DNA from: Trueperaceae bacterium
Lineage (GTDB): Bacteria; Deinococcota; Deinococci; Deinococcales; Trueperaceae
NCBI GenBank assembly: GCA_965213705.1
Contig: OZ243913.1
Location: forward strand, 1,024,001 to 1,088,000
Reading direction: 5' to 3'
DNA length: 64,000 nt
Shown: positions 62,494 to 64,000 of the stretch, piece by piece
Numbering within the stretch: position 1 is the stretch's first letter
How the letters are laid out: each line of letters opens with the position of its first letter
Notes under the pieces: generated by a model
What the model saw: only the letters and a program-made list of their open reading frames with translations
Databases searched by the model: none
Told to the model about the DNA's origin: nothing
Position numbers and translations under genes: made by a program

Positions 62494-62520
62494 CCCTTGC
62501 TCCTGCCCTCAACGCTCCAC

Positions 62521-63861
62521 TTAGTACTCAGCCAAGTACCGTTCCAACTCCCAATCATGCACGTGAATCCGGTAGGCGTCGAACTCGGCGGTTTTCGCGG
62601 CGACGAAGTGGGAGAAAGCGTGCTCGCCCAACACGTCCTTGAAGAGCGGGTCGCGCTCCAGGGTGCGAATCGCCTCGCGCAGCGTGCCGGGCAACTCTTT
62701 GATTTTGTGCTTGCGGCGGTCGCGCACGCTCATGTCGTAGATGTTGCGCTGGATGGGCGGCGGGGCCTCCAACTTGTTTTCGACCCCGTCCATCCCGGCT
62801 GCGAGCATCACCGCCAACGCCAAGTACGGGTTGCAAGCGGGGTCGGGCATCCGCAGCTCGCACCGAGTGCTCAGGCCGCGCCGCGCCGGAATGCGAATCA
62901 TGGCGCTGCGGTTGGACGCCGACCAGGCGATGTTGGTGGGCGCTTCGTAGCCGGGCGTCAGGCGTTTGTAGCTGTTGACGATGGGGTTGGTCACGGCCAC
63001 CATGCCGCTGGCGTGCTCGAGCAGCCCGGCGATAAAGTATAGTGCGGTGTCGGACAGTTGCCGCTCGGCGTTTTCATCAAAGAAAGCGTTTTTACCGTCT
63101 CTAAAGAGCGACAGGTGCGTGTGCATCCCCGAGCCGTTGATGCCCGCGACCGGTTTGGGCATAAAGGTCGCGTGCAGGCCGTGGTTGATGGCGACGCGCT
63201 TGACGATGAGCTTGAACGTCGCGATGTTGTCGGCAGTGGTGAGGGCGTCCTCGTACTTGAAGTCGATTTCGTGCTGGCCCGGCGCGACCTCGTGGTGCGC
63301 CGCTTCGATTTCGAAACCCATCTCGACGAGCGCGTTGACCATGTCGCGGCGCGCTTCCTCGCCCTGGTCGACGGGTGCCAGGTCAAAGTAGCCCGCCGCG
63401 TCGTGCGTCACCGTGGTGGGGCGGCCCTCCACGTCGCGCATAAAGAGGAAAAACTCGGGCTCGGGCCCGGCGTACATGTCGTCGAAGCCCAGGCCCTGCA
63501 ACTTTTCAATCTGTCGCCGCAGGATGTAGCGGGGGTCGCCCTCGAAGGGCGAGTCGTCGGGGTGGGCGACGTTGCAAATCAGCCGCGCGACCGCGCCCTG
63601 CTCGGACCCCTCGATGCTTGAGGGAAAAATCAGGAATGTGCTGTAGTCGGGTTTGAGCAGCATGTCCGACTCTTCGATGCGGGTAAAGCCTTCGATGGAC
63701 GAGCCGTCGAACATGATTTCGCCGTCCAGCGCCTTGTCGAACTGCGAGGTCGGCACCTCGACGTTCTTGTTGTGGCCCATCAGGTCGGTAAACTGGAGGC
63801 GCAAAAACTTGACGTCCCGGTCTTGCAGGCTTTGTTTGATGTCGTTCGCGGAATCTGCCAT
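62521..63861 (-). CDS. glnA: Glutamine synthetase type I
   Basis: [58 protein letters not shown]. Confidence 0.97.
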   Translation of the reverse strand: MADSANDIKQSLQDRDVKFLRLQFTDLMGHNKNVEVPTSQFDKALDGEIMFDGSSIEGFTRIEESDMLLKPDYSTFLIFPSSIEGSEQGAVARLICNVAHPDDSPFEGDPRYILRRQIEKLQGLGFDDMYAGPEPEFFLFMRDVEGRPTTVTHDAAGYFDLAPVDQGEEARRDMVNALVEMGFEIEAAHHEVAPGQHEIDFKYEDALTTADNIATFKLIVKRVAINHGLHATFMPKPVAGINGSGMHTHLSLFRDGKNAFFDENAERQLSDTALYFIAGLLEHASGMVAVTNPIVNSYKRLTPGYEAPTNIAWSASNRSAMIRIPARRGLSTRCELRMPDPACNPYLALAVMLAAGMDGVENKLEAPPPIQRNIYDMSVRDRRKHKIKELPGTLREAIRTLERDPLFKDVLGEHAFSHFVAAKTAEFDAYRIHVHDWELERYLAEY

Positions 63862-64000
63862 TTTTCTCCTCATGTGAACGCGTGTAGTTACACAAAAATC
63901 TTCGGCTGTGTCGATTCTGACGCAGGCCGAGGAGCGTTGTCAACTTTGGGTGTGCGGGTTCGGCGGCGGGAACGTCGTTCGGAACGCTCAAAGTGGGGCA

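Noticed and set aside
63862..64000. Possible GlnR/TnrA box or riboswitch upstream of glnA
   Set aside because: No TGTNA-N7-TNACA match; only weak imperfect palindromes.

Overview
A 64 kb GC-rich bacterial chromosomal segment, most consistent with Deinococcota (Truepera-like). This is inferred from many leaderless starts (TANNNT 5-7 nt before the start codon), SlpA-type SLH domains and the efp-accB-accC-Asp23-nusB-DUF212 gene order. Housekeeping genes recognised: typA, dps, acuBC, sucAB, nusB, accBC, efp, three-subunit pnt, alr, cobB, murE, iorAB-like, ruvC and glnA. Accessory material: an AbiJ-like gene, DUF433/PIN and MazEF-type TA modules, and operons collapsed by deletion (an ABC exporter operon, a two-component system fused into a 50-aa mini-ORF, a vapBC relic). 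The most interesting candidate system is at 50.4-57.6 kb: two paralogous SLH/coiled-coil/collagen proteins with a Ca-binding Cys motif next to an operon for a cohesin-like lipoprotein and a dockerin-bearing dead metzincin. Also notable are an EL222-like LOV-LuxR photoreceptor, strong CTCGAG over-representation, an att-like duplication of a gene 3' end around a TA pair, and an amino-acid permease carrying a possible binding-protein lobe. No rRNA, tRNA, CRISPR array or intact transposase/integrase was seen. All family calls are by eye from motifs; no database searches were run.
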